Positions 52,511-64,000 of a stretch of DNA of 64,000 bases are shown here, piece after piece; within the stretch, counting starts at the first letter, position 1; each line of letters starts with the position of its first letter. The notes under the pieces were generated by a model, which did no database searches, had not been told where the DNA came from, and was given only the letters and a program-made list of their open reading frames with translations. The stretch is from Antedon mediterranea (lineage: Eukaryota > Animalia > Echinodermata), in NCBI RefSeq assembly GCF_964355755.1, contig NC_092674.1:15376001-15440000 (forward strand). The letters are read 5' to 3'. A program made the position numbers and the translations under genes.

Positions 52511-52589
52511 GTGCCATGTGTGTGATATGAAACAAGGTAACATGCCCAAGTTAAAAGCTCATATAAAACAGCATGTTCAAGATGCATGA
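52511..52589 (+). CDS. APTX: Aprataxin last coding exon, zinc finger (CHVCDMKQGNMPKLKAHIKQHVQDA*)
   Basis: cgtag| acceptor, phase 2. Matches [21 protein letters not shown]. Total CDS 594 nt (197 aa). Confidence 0.92.
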
Positions 52590-52833
52590 TGGCAGGACTT
52601 CAATAATAGTGTAACCAGAGAATCGGATGTTTGGAGTCAGGATTGTGGTCTGGTGGAACTAAGAGCAACTTGCATGAATTAGTGGTATATAATATATTTA
52701 AAATTATTCTGTGCTAGTTTGTTGTTTGGCAGGTACACAGACATACCATAATGGTATTTTATGTGATTTAGACCTAAGCCTCTTGGTGATTTTAGTTGAG
52801 TGTACCTGAAAAGATGATTTCAATTGCACCATA

Positions 52834-54240
52834 TAAAAGACACTTTCCCTGCAATTTTTGACATTTTGTAAAAATAAACATTAAACCAGGTCATTCCTTG
52901 TCTTACTTATTTAAGTTTTATGGTTAATTATAATAAAAAGAAAGTAACTCGTATCAAATGTACTCTGGACCTAGCCTTGCTAGGCTTAGTTTAGTAAGCC
53001 TAGCTGGTAAACAGCTGTAACATATGAACATCGTGAGCTAGCTGAAGCCTGGAGTTGTCTAGTTGCTGCATTAATATCGTTTTTCTTTTATCAGAACCTT
53101 GTATTTTCGCTGAAAAGTTATGGTTCTTCCATTTGTTTTACCTTCACAATCGATGGAAAGTGGTTGCATCATAGATTTTCAACAGCATCAAAACGAAAAT
53201 ATTGATCTGCGCACAATGCACCCTTGTATTTTATTCTAATTATCAGAATCATATTATTTTTCACATTTTTACCAGGAAAAGAGGAAAAAAATTATCGCAA
53301 TTACTAGCCCATATAGTATTTATACATAAAGTGCAGTTGACCTTTAATTAGAAAAAAAAAGTGTCTATAAATTTTTTTTAAATCATAATTTACCATAAAA
53401 CGTTCATTTAAGACAAGGAATGACTTGGTTTAATGTTTTTAAAGTAATATGTATTACTAAATTCAACTGATGTTGACCTAAGCCCTTCTGACAGAACACT
53501 GACAATGTACTCTCCTAACCATACATACATGTATGTATGATATATTATCTATAGCATGTATGGACAAAATATTTTGCATTGAAAAGCAATAGCGAATTAC
53601 AGTCAATTGAAATTTATTATGACGTCATAAGTTATAAGATTTTGAATACCTATGCCTGTAGGCCAGGTTTACCTTGCTAAACATCTTGAGAATGTATTCA
53701 GGCAGCCCTAAGGTACCAATAATTATAATGTGTTCAACCTACATTAAAGACCTATTCCCTACAATTTGTGATGTTTTGTAGAAATAATGCATATATATAA
53801 AAACATTAAACCAGGTTGCTTTATGGTAAATTATGATAAAAAGAGAGAAACAATGGACTACCTAAGTAGCTCGCGGTGAATGTCCTCTTGTGGGCGTCTT
53901 TAGGCCTAGTCTAGCTAGGCTTAGTCTGGTAAACATCGGTAACATACAAACATTGCATCTAGCTATAGGCCTATTCTGATGGTGTGTAGTTGCTGCATTA
54001 ATATTATGTTTCTGGTTTTGCCAGACTCTGTTGATAAAAATTGGGGGAAACCCGGTATTTTCCATTTATTTTGGATTCACGATCGATCGAAAAGTGGGTG
54101 AATTACAGAAGAAAAACAAAAATATCAGTCTGCGTGCAATGCATGTAGGGATTTATAGTGGGCCGCTAAAATGATTTGAATCCACTTATTTTTCACATTT
54201 TTAAGACGAGAAAAGTTGTCTAAATAGGACCATATAGTAT
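52834..54240 (-). mobile_element. Two further diverged, inverted copies of the Kolobok-like MITE (about 52834-53370 and 53744-54240)
   Basis: Start aaagacactttccctgc and ttaaagacctattccctac; interiors match the reverse complement of 33917-34487. Confidence 0.72.
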
Positions 54241-54889
54241 TTATACTACTGTACGTAGAATATACCTTGTGGTTCCCCCCCCCCCTTAAACATTTTTATG
54301 TAGCATATAGTTTTTATTTTATTTAAAAATTTAATTTATTTAACTGAAAAAAACTGTAATTTACAGCAAAAAATATTCAAATTGGCTGCTTGCCAGCCAA
54401 TGGGTTTTGGTTAATTCAACAGTTTATTTTTTACGGAAACTGCCAAATTGATTAATTTCATGCTTTTGGGGGACAATCTTAAATATATATAAATCCAAGT
54501 TATAGTCCTACTTATTGTAGTAGGATATAGGATAAACATGCCTTTTTCACTTGAGCTCCTGTGAATACTGTTCCGGCGAGAAGTGCTGGAGAACGGAGTG
54601 GTGTAAATGGTCCCTCTGCTTTTTTTCATTTTTTGGTTATCTTAGGATATATTATTGATCATTTTTTTGTGTGAAGTGCTTAGAAACATTGTATAAGACT
54701 ACCATTGTTATTATTAAATGTGAACAAATTTTACAATAACCTTGGGTAAAATTACTGTGGATAAATTATCATTATTCAAATCCTATGTAAACAAGGCTTT
54801 ATACTTTATAAAATGACTAATCACCATCAAAGAATTATTATTAAATTAAAGAACATACATTGTTTAATACTGTTTTAAGTTTTATTCTA

Positions 54890-55170
54890 TTAACCCTTTC
54901 ACTGCATATACACGGTAATACCGGGTATGGGCAAAACAATGATTTAATCGTATTTGCCTATAATTATTATAGCACTTTCTATATTTTTTCGATGAACTTG
55001 AATATTTTTGCACTGCGTATACCCGTTACTACCGGGTATAAACAGACGTCGTTGAAATACGTATACACGGTAATACCGGGTATGGGCAAAACAATGATTT
55101 AATCGTATTTGCCTATAATTATTTTAGCACTTTCTATATTTTTTCGATGAACTTGAATATTTTTGCAAGT
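54890..55170. mobile_element. piggyBac-like terminus (TTAA|CCCTTTCACTGC) with an internal direct duplication (155-bp period)
   Basis: tacacggtaataccgggtatgggcaaaac...gaatatttttgca occurs at about 54909 and 55064. Confidence 0.5.
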
Positions 55171-55366
55171 CATTAAAAGTTATTTCCAGCAAAAAAAACG
55201 GCCCTCTATAGTTGTATTATCGTCTTGAAAATAATGCGCCCTCTATAGTTATATTATATATAGTATAGTATATATAATAGTATTTCTATCTTGGAAAGTT
55301 GTTTTGAGTAGCGTAATGGCGGCCATTTTTAAATTAACAAAAATTTACCAGCCCCAATAGGGCAAC

Positions 55367-58151
55367 TAGTAGAGCAGTTAATGACATGAGCTGTGCATTT
55401 TATTACCAAAGCATGAAACTTGGCACAAAGTTTCTTTGATGTATATAGATTCAAAATATCGAGGGGTGCCAAGTGTCCAACGTCCGGTATGGCGGCCATC
55501 TTGATTTCAAAATGGCCACCATAAAATCAAAAAATGTTCATATCTTGGCAACTATACACATTAGAGACTTGATTCTGGTCTCAAATTGTTCACTAACTAT
55601 GTATTTCTATTTGCTCTAATGAAAAGTTTCGTCCAAAAATGACCGGAAATGACGTTTCTTACAGTTTGACCTCGTATTTGTATATCTCTAACTACTGGTC
55701 ATTTTGTTCAGAATAAATACATTTATATTTGTAGTATTATGGAACATTTTCACATAAAATGACCGAAAATACAATATATGACCTTTGACATTTATTTATT
55801 GATTTTTAAGTGTGTGAATATACTGTATGTGGTTTTTGTTGGTCTTAAATGCACCTAATTTTGAATTTTTACCTGATAGGCGTAATTATATTAAATGATT
55901 AATGGATTTAAATTGTATATAGTACATAAAATTGGTAAACATTGTGCTTGGTGGTACCATTAGTTCAACGATGTTGGCACCTTCTGATTCGCTAAAAGTT
56001 TTAATAGTTTGACAGAGGAAATAACATACATGTTATGAAATATCGTAAAACCTCAAAAAGGTGATAGTATGAGCTTTTTTTCGAGATAGACTGTATTTGA
56101 ATGTCAAATAATTAGTATGATGATCGTGTATATATTATTAATGACCTTACAAAGAACCCTTTATATTTCAACAATTAAGCCTCAGTTATTCTACAATTTA
56201 TTGTTTTCCAAGTGGTAGGCCTATTTTGATTGCATCTTCTTTTTGTATGCTTCCTGGGTTAATATGGTCCTAACCCTCCTTCTTTGTCTGTAGATGGTCT
56301 TACACCCCTTTCTTTATTTGTGGATGGTCTTATACCCACTCTGTGTCTGTGGATGGTCTTACACCCCCTTCTTTGTCTGTTGGTGGTCTTACACCCCTTT
56401 CTTTGTGTGTGGATGGTCTTATACCCCTTTCTTTGTCTGTAGATGGTCTTACACCCCTTTCTTTGTCTGTGGATGGACCTACACCCCCTTCTTTATCTGT
56501 GGATGGACCTACACCCCCTTCTTTGTCTGTCGATGGTCCTACACCCCCCTTCTTTGTCTGTGGATGGACCTACACCCCCTTCTTTGTCTGTGGATGGACC
56601 TACACCCCCTTCTTTGTCTGTCGATGGTCCTACACCCCCTTCTTTGTCTGTTGGTGGTCTTATAATCCCTTCTTTGTGTGTGGTTGGTCTTGCACCCCTT
56701 CTTTGTCTGTGGGTGGTCTTACATCCCCTTCTTTGTTTGTAGATGGTCCGACACCCCTTCTTTGTATCTGGATGGTCTTATACCCCCTTCTTTGTATGTG
56801 GATGGTCTTACACCCCCTTCTTTGTCTGTGGATGGTCTTATACCCCCTTCTTTGTCTGGACCCACTACTTTGATTGATTAAATCAGACATTGTTTCTTGT
56901 ATGATCAGGAGACCAAGACCTTCAAAGTGAAAGTCCACAGGTGGATGCCTAAAAAGGTCTTGTACAGAACAGTATATTGTAGGTCCATGTCAATAATTTG
57001 AGGATTACTTGAATAATTATATTGAGATGTCTTTTACAAATTGATTTGGTTCGGATTTTGCTAAAAAATAAATGACTAGAGAAAATCGAGGAAAATAATT
57101 CAGATGAAAGGTTTACAGCAAAGGCCCATTACCATAAAAATGGAGTACATTTTTTTAGATGCAACAAAAATGAACAAGAATTATCTGAGTTTCTGACTAA
57201 TGAAAGTAGGTCTACTGCACAAATGCAGGATAAGTTTGTAGTAAGTACTTTGAAAGACGGTGTTCTCTTCTCTTAACTCATGAAAATGAGAACTTTTCGA
57301 ACTTGTCTCATATGCAACATCAAAGAGGCCAACAAAAGAATGCTACTTTACATCAAAAATTTTTCCAAATGGCATCTAACAATTCAATTCAACATATGGT
57401 ATAATACATTACAAAAAAAAAAGAAAAGATAAAGTAGAGAGGACCAAAACTTGTATCTAACGATTGACACATCACAGTTTAGCAAACAAGTCGGCATTGA
57501 TGAGCTCAGTGATCTGTCATACTTTATGCCTATCCTATCACATCAAAAGTCAAAAATTCACAATAATAATTCCTGGTCATTTTTGCGTTAAGTGTCATTT
57601 ATTTCGGTAAAAAAATTAGGTGCATTTATACCAATGTAAACCACATACAGTATGTTCACATAATTATATATGTCAAAGGTTATAAATTGTATTTCCAGTC
57701 ATTTTATGTGAAAATGTTTCATTACTACAAATATAAATGTCTCTATTCTGAACAAAATGAAACCAAAATCGATTGAAAATGATCAGTAGTTACTGAGATA
57801 TACAGATAAGAGGTCAAAGGTCAAACTGGAAGAAACGTCATTTCCGGTCATTTTTGGACGAAACTTTTCATTAGAGCAAATAGAAATATGTGGTTTGTGA
57901 ACAATTTTTCATTAGAGCAAATAGAAATATGTGGTTTGTGAACAATTTAACACCAGAATCAAGTCTCTAATGTTTATAGTTGCCAAGATATGAACACTTT
58001 TTGTTTTTATGGTGGCCATACCGGACGTTGGACACTTGGCACCCCCCGATATTTTGAATTTATATACATCAAAGAAACTTTGTGGAAAGTTTCATGCTTT
58101 GGTAATAAAATGCACAACTTGGCTATTTTTATGGCGTTAACTGCTCTACTA
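55367..58151. mobile_element. Academ-like non-autonomous DNA transposon (2.8 kb) with about 500-bp TIRs
   Basis: aac|TAGTAGAGCAGTTAA...TTAACTGCTCTACTA|aac: 3-bp TSD and TAG termini. 55367-55865 is complementary to about 57610-58151. Confidence 0.78.
56265..56865. repeat. 30/31-bp minisatellite (GATGGTCTTACACCCCCTTCTTTGTCTGTG), about 20 diverged copies
   Basis: Read directly; lies inside the Academ-like element. Confidence 0.93.
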
Positions 58152-60946
58152 AACATGGTGTTTATCACCACATGCAAAAAAAAAAATTTGGAAACAATAG
58201 TTAGTTTTTGTGCTATATTGAATTTTTGGAAACTGTCATTATTTTCACGATTTTGCCCCAAAACTTTGATTTGTGCATAATTTTTATAAAACAATAAAAA
58301 TAATTTTAATAATTAAAAAAAATATTTTTATTTGTTATACATATCTTCATCAATATCCAGTTGGAAAAATGTATTCCATAAGAATTTCTTATAGAAAATA
58401 TAGTTTTTATCATTGATTCGATAAAAAACACGAAATCCAAAATACCTGTAATCGTCACATGACGTCATCAATACGCAAATTACTTCTTTTTTTATACCTA
58501 ACTGTAGACTAACCCTTTGACAATCACACACCACAAAAATAATTACACAATTATCTCAATTAGTATTTTTTTGCAATTTATTAAAATATATGTTTTTCTT
58601 AAATATATATTACACACAGAGGTGGGAATAATGTCTATTAAAATAAACACATAATTAAAGTTAACAAATTAAAAAAGGAGTAATTTGTAATGAGGTTAAT
58701 GACACTTGATAGGAATGCGACTACAATGTTCTCATGGTTTGAATTAAGACTGACTACAATGTTCTCATGGTTTGAATTAAGACTGACTTGCATATCACTA
58801 CTCTCTATTCATAATTTGAAATCCACCTAATCACAGGCAGGATTGCACTAATGCGTCTAGATCTGTGAACATACTCGGATTATGTTTATGCGACCTTGAA
58901 ACTTTGTGACTAAAATGTATGAAAGCAATTTCTTTAATAATGCTGATTACATGTTGTTTCTTGTCACATTTTGTAGGAATTCTTTACAATATAAATGTTA
59001 TATTCAGTCATTATTACTGTATATGACCGAGTATAGTCCCAGGAGGGCCTGGCTATGGAATTTGACAAAAATGATACTGTCATTATATTAACAATGAATT
59101 TATCAAAGTAATTTTTTTTTTAGAAATTTAGCCTAACTATGGGGTGGGATTATACTCTGAAATGACATATTTGATAATTTAATATTGTATAGTTTTGACA
59201 GAAAAAAAAAAAAAAAATCAAACTACCATGTTTTACATTTGTAGCTTTAGGCAATTTGACAATATTTTAGCTTGCAGAAATAATAAAATAAAAAAATGTA
59301 TTAATCAAAATGAATATATAGATGGAAGTTTGTTAAAGAAGCAATGTCTCCTAGAACAGTGGTGCGCTTCCTATGGACCAAGCTGCAGCCCAGCCACCAC
59401 TCAGTTGTGTAACCAACATAATGAATCATTGGAGTCCTTCCATGGTGGTGGTGCTGAGATAAGAAAATATTGGGAATATATGAACCTCTAGGTCACTGGT
59501 AGAAATTGTGCTGATTCATCATGGATGCCATTTTAAAATCATGTCTAAAAACCTATTTATTTAATGTATTGTCCCAAAAAAAATTGAAAAATGAAGATTA
59601 ATACAAAAATACTTTGAATACCGGTAGGCCAAATAAACAGTTAAATTCAACCAAAAACCAATCGGCTAGCAGCCAATTTGAATATTTTTTGCTTTAACTT
59701 TCATTTTTTTAAAGCTCAGGCACAGGCATGAATTTTAAATATAATATCTGGTTAATTGTACATAAATCAAATATTTGTAACAGAAATCAAGACGAAAAAA
59801 CATGAATTTCCCTTAATACGGTCAAATACAAAATTTGGCAAAATTCTGCCATAAAAACCAGGAAGACTTTTTTCAGTAGTTAGGTAGTATACGGTAACCT
59901 AATGTAATGTAATGTAGTTAAATAAAAATGTCAGAAATGTAATATTCAAGTTATATTACCTATATTTAGTCATCTGATAACATTTTTTACCACACCGTTT
60001 ATTTTTCATTGCTTTATAAAATGCCTCTCTATTTACAAAATTTGTGTACAAAAGAATAGAGATTTTACTGTGTAATTTGAAATATTCCAACCTTCCCCCC
60101 CCCCCCCCCCATTGATAAGAAAGTGCTTATTTTCAATAAGCTCGTGTAACACAAATAAAATCCCAAAAAAATATGAAACAAAGGGGAAACTATAGATCAA
60201 TAATAATTTATTTTTTAAAAATTGGTTGTTGTCTCTTTGTTTACCGGCACTATATAAAAACTAATTATTATGCCACCATAGCATTTTACATTGCAATTAC
60301 TAGAACATGTATAATAATAGTAAAAGCTCTTATGACACTAAGATGTTAAAAATGTCTCAAGTCGCCCTACGACTGTAAAAAAAAAAGTCTGCGGAATGCC
60401 ATTATAGAAAGCATGGAAAATGAACTTAAAATTGTGTTGTTAAAGATAATTCGATTGATCTCTTTTTTGACCGTTATAATTGTTTTTGTAATAAAATTAG
60501 TAAAATTGTATAAATTTGTATTGTTAGATTTTAAGATTTATATATATTTTTATATGGTATAGTTTATTCCATTCTGTAAGGGGCGGGTTTCCCGCTGTTG
60601 AATGAGTAAAATAAATAAAATAAAAAGTAAGCAAAGTGACAGAAACAAGACGATCTGGAAATTTAGAATTAAGCATAGTGTGGAAAATGTTTGCTCTGAA
60701 AACATTGTTATGAATGAGTGATTGTAAATCAAGATATATTGTATAGCCTTTCCATTATAATTTACATAATAAATCAAAAGTGTAAATGTAGTGATTACTG
60801 GTACAACAGCAATTATCATTACGCACAGCTATACATCTGAATAATAACAATATTGAATTTATTGTTATGTATGTATGGAATTTCTAGAGTAAAAATGAAT
60901 CTACCCAGAAACGGGTGCACTATATGTTGGAAGGTGTTAATTGTTA

Positions 60947-61111
60947 TCAGTTCATTATCTCATCATCACCTCCTATTATGGCACAAGCTACATTTTCCAG
61001 GATAGTCAACACAGACACTGACACAAATACAACAGATGATGCTATGTTACGCACTTGCCACATCTTTGGTTCAATTTGATGATTGTTATGTAAGTACTCC
61101 ACCATACCAAG
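60947..61111 (-). CDS. BOK: BOK-like gene, last coding exon (end of BH2 and transmembrane tail: LGMVEYL...IASSVVFVSVSVLTILENVACAIIGGDDEIMN*)
   Basis: cttttctttttttcctag| acceptor in phase 0. Completes BH2 as WILQRGGW|LGMVEY; hydrophobic anchor; TGA at 60947. Confidence 0.78.
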   Translation of the reverse strand, partial: LGMVEYLHNNHQIEPKMWQVRNIASSVVFVSVSVLTILENVACAIIGGDDEIMN

Positions 61112-62594
61112 CTAGGAAAAAAGAAAAGAAGTTTGCAAATTGATTAACAACAAAGTTTAATAGGCTAAATACCATTTTCACACCTGCAAAAAGTAACAAC
61201 TTGTATAAAGTTGTAATCAGGTTGGCATAGTTTCTGGAAATTCTTTGAAAGAAAAACACACATCCACCAATAAGAGGCCTGTTTTGAGATGTTACTGCGC
61301 ACCCTGGTATTAAACTGACCAATCACAGTAATCAAATAGCACGCAAATATGCTTTCTCCCGAGATTTCTCATGGTTTTAAAGTTATAAAAGGATATGTTT
61401 TGCTGTGCTTATTACTGAAAATAAGAATGCTAATCTAGAAAATGTAGCACTGTTTATTTCATTGTAACAGTTAAATTCTACTGTTTAGGGTATTAAAACT
61501 GTGCCTAATGTACGTACAATGAAGTAATTCAATTGTGAAAACAAATTAATATGGCCTTTAGTGCTTCGCAGTAATTCTATTACGATAATAATAGTAGAAA
61601 CCTAATAGAAACAAGCATATACTATACAGTACTATTCATCATTTAATTGATCGATACATTAAAATATAATAAATACAGTAGGACCTACGGCCACAAGGTT
61701 GCATTTGCTGTGCAGGTGTCATCAAGCCGCAATTTATTCATCAATAAATATTTTCGGCCAGTGTTGTACGACAGTAATCAGATCAGGACTGGGGTTTTTA
61801 TCCAATTAGGTTGAATGGCAAAGACATACATGGTCAAATGCATTATTTAATAGTATATAGATTAATGTAATTTTTAATTCTCTGAGGTTTTCAGAACAAT
61901 CAAATATAAAATTGCATTTCTTATTATTATCAGCTATTTAAAACTATGGTTGTAAGAAAGTAAACTTTCCGTAAAATAGTCTCATTTTGACAAAATTTTA
62001 TTTGTTGAGCAATATCTTAATATTGTCATATAATCGTAGACGCAGTCATGTCAATAGAGCAATCAAACTGAACATACGATTTCTAAATGGGTACATTTTG
62101 TTGATCCTGATTTAAAGTATTTAAGCAGTATCAGGGGAATTACCACCTATCTGATTAATCAGATCAGTGATTAATTTTACAATTAGTAATCCTTAAAGGC
62201 ATAAAATAAATACTGTAAAAATTCTCAAATTTTATAGATGGCCGTGGTAAGAGTGATCAAAGAGAGTTCATTCGAGGAAATAAAGACCCCGGGTCGTTTT
62301 AATCGAGGAAGATATTTATTCAAAATAATGTTCTATGGGGGTGTTAAGGAAGGTATTCATTCGAATAATAGTGGAGTGGCGGAAAGGTACCGGCTCTGTT
62401 CTGGGGCAGAAATTTCTATTCTATTTCTGACCATCTTAGAATTTTAATCTGTGGATTACCTTACAAATACAAATTGGCCATGCCAGTCAAATGCCTCATA
62501 CAAGAATATTGGGCAGGTTGTTGTAGAATACAAAGATTAAGAATTTACAGACAAATTCTTGTATTTGTTAGATTGAATTGAGTACTCTACCTAC

Positions 62595-63230
62595 CCATCC
62601 ACCTCGCTGTAGTATCCAAGTCGCCAGTCTTTTCCTGGTAAATTTTTGCATACTATCAACAACCAGATTTGCAAATCTTGTGTTTTCTTGTTGCACACAA
62701 TCCACAGCCAAGGTTGCAGTGAAAGCAAATAGTGATACAATTCTAGCCCAGCTGATACCTCTACCGATAATCTCAGAAGCAACAGCATTAAAGACTCCTT
62801 GGACATGTTCTTCATGTTCAAAGTTCATCTTTAGATAGCCACATACGTCGGCGAATAAGTTTGGATACATCGTTTCATATTCTTGTCCTACTTTAATTAA
62901 TTCACGTGAAATGTCACTGTATTTTCCATCTTTGTGAATCTCTTTCTGAACAAGTTTGAGCGATTTTAATTTTGAATATATATAGTCTCTGCATATGTAT
63001 TTAGTTTGTAGTACAATCTGTTCTTCTGAGACAGATGGAAAGTCGTTAAATTGGTGTGATATCTTAGCTTGTATAGCTAGAAATACTTTACTGAATTTTC
63101 GTCCGGTCCGCCCAACATTAGGGGTCATGTCTGACCAACTTGTTGTTTCTGCTGCTGACGTGGCTGTTGTCGAATTTGGACCTAGGCCTAGGCCTAGGCC
63201 TAGGCTTGAAGTGTCGTTTTTATCAGTCAT
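62595..63230 (-). CDS. BOK: Bcl-2 family protein, BOK-like, coding exon 1 (BH4, BH3, BH1, BH2)
   Basis: IVLQTKYICRDYIYSKL (BOK BH4), ELIKVGQEYETMYPNLF, GISWARIVSLFAFTATLAVDCVQQ, RKRLATWILQRGGW|gtaggt at the conserved Bcl-2 family intron position. Confidence 0.9.
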
Positions 63231-64000
63231 TTAAAGAACAGAAAAAGTCTATAGTAATAGTTAACAACAAACCTGTTTTGAATAATGTATAATAATTAAA
63301 AATAAGCCTAAAGTATTTTGATACTATGCAATGTATCTGCCGCCACAATTTCGCAGGCCTCTCTCTCCCCACCCAGCAGACTAGAGGCTATAGTTCCTCT
63401 CCTCGAGTTTCCCGCTTCATTGCACCTAAGTGTAAATACGGAAGTAGGATCCCGGAAGTAAAGGTCATAAGTCCTCGCCTCTCCACACACACACACACAC
63501 CAAATTGGGCATGTTTTTTGCTTTTTGGCGTTTTTCATTTTGACCTGTTTAGCATCATGATCGCATATTACATCGGTTATAAGCAAAAAAATGCATAATT
63601 TGAGCACACATTTATTTTAGCACCTTCTTTACAAGTTAGGCCTATTTCAATATTATTAGATCATCAAGTTCTTGACTTTATTATATTATGTCTCTGACTG
63701 CATATGGCCATAATGATAAAAAATAGCCCATGATATTTTTGTACACACGGGCCTAATATCTAGAAATAATAGATTAAATATGGCTACAAAATAGAACCTT
63801 TCATCTCATATCAACTAACATTTAAAGAGAGTTCATTCATAGCATGTTATGCTCAAGTAGACACTAGTCCTATTGTCTCTTCGCTGTGTTGGTGGACACT
63901 ATTTATAGTCAACATTATTCCGGATACTGAAAACAATCATACCATTTTTATGTCTGTTAATTTTAGGCCTACTCCTTATGACACCACAGTAAGGTATTTG

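Noticed and set aside
56294-56938. Repetitive ORFs (SVDGPTPPSL etc.)
   Set aside because: Artefacts of the 30/31-bp minisatellite within a transposon.
61086-61322. Hydrophobic ORF as the BOK transmembrane exon
   Set aside because: Its frame does not fit the phase-0 junction. The acceptor at 61111, in another frame, completes BH2 properly.

Overview
AT-rich, repeat-dense, intron-containing animal DNA, probably from a marine invertebrate deuterostome (inferred from gene content and transposon types, not proven). Most ORFs in the supplied track are spurious, so genes were assembled by hand from GT-AG exons with phase checks. Four protein-coding genes were recovered. (1) The first five coding exons of KDM6A/UTX lie on the minus strand (14407 down to 4385), and the gene continues off the left edge. 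(2) A complete 6-exon, 197-aa aprataxin (APTX) lies on the plus strand (20625-52589) and appears to lack the FHA domain. (3) A complete 6-exon, 463-aa secreted protein (signal peptide, F-type-lectin-like, LamG/pentraxin-like, PAN/apple) is nested antisense in APTX intron 1 (30520-25554). (4) A 2-exon, 266-aa BOK-like Bcl-2 family gene lies on the minus strand (63230-60947). Between the divergent KDM6A and APTX starts is a compact 1-kb module: a TTGCGCAA palindrome array, a 72-nt tRNA-like gene with a T6 terminator, a (TA)n tract, a tRNA 3' half and a minimal type-I hammerhead ribozyme. The rest is transposon-derived (RTE and CR1/L2-like LINEs, Tc1, Sola2, Harbinger, Kolobok-like, hAT, Academ-like, Helentron-like, a SINE) plus three minisatellites. 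No CRISPR array or prokaryotic system was seen.
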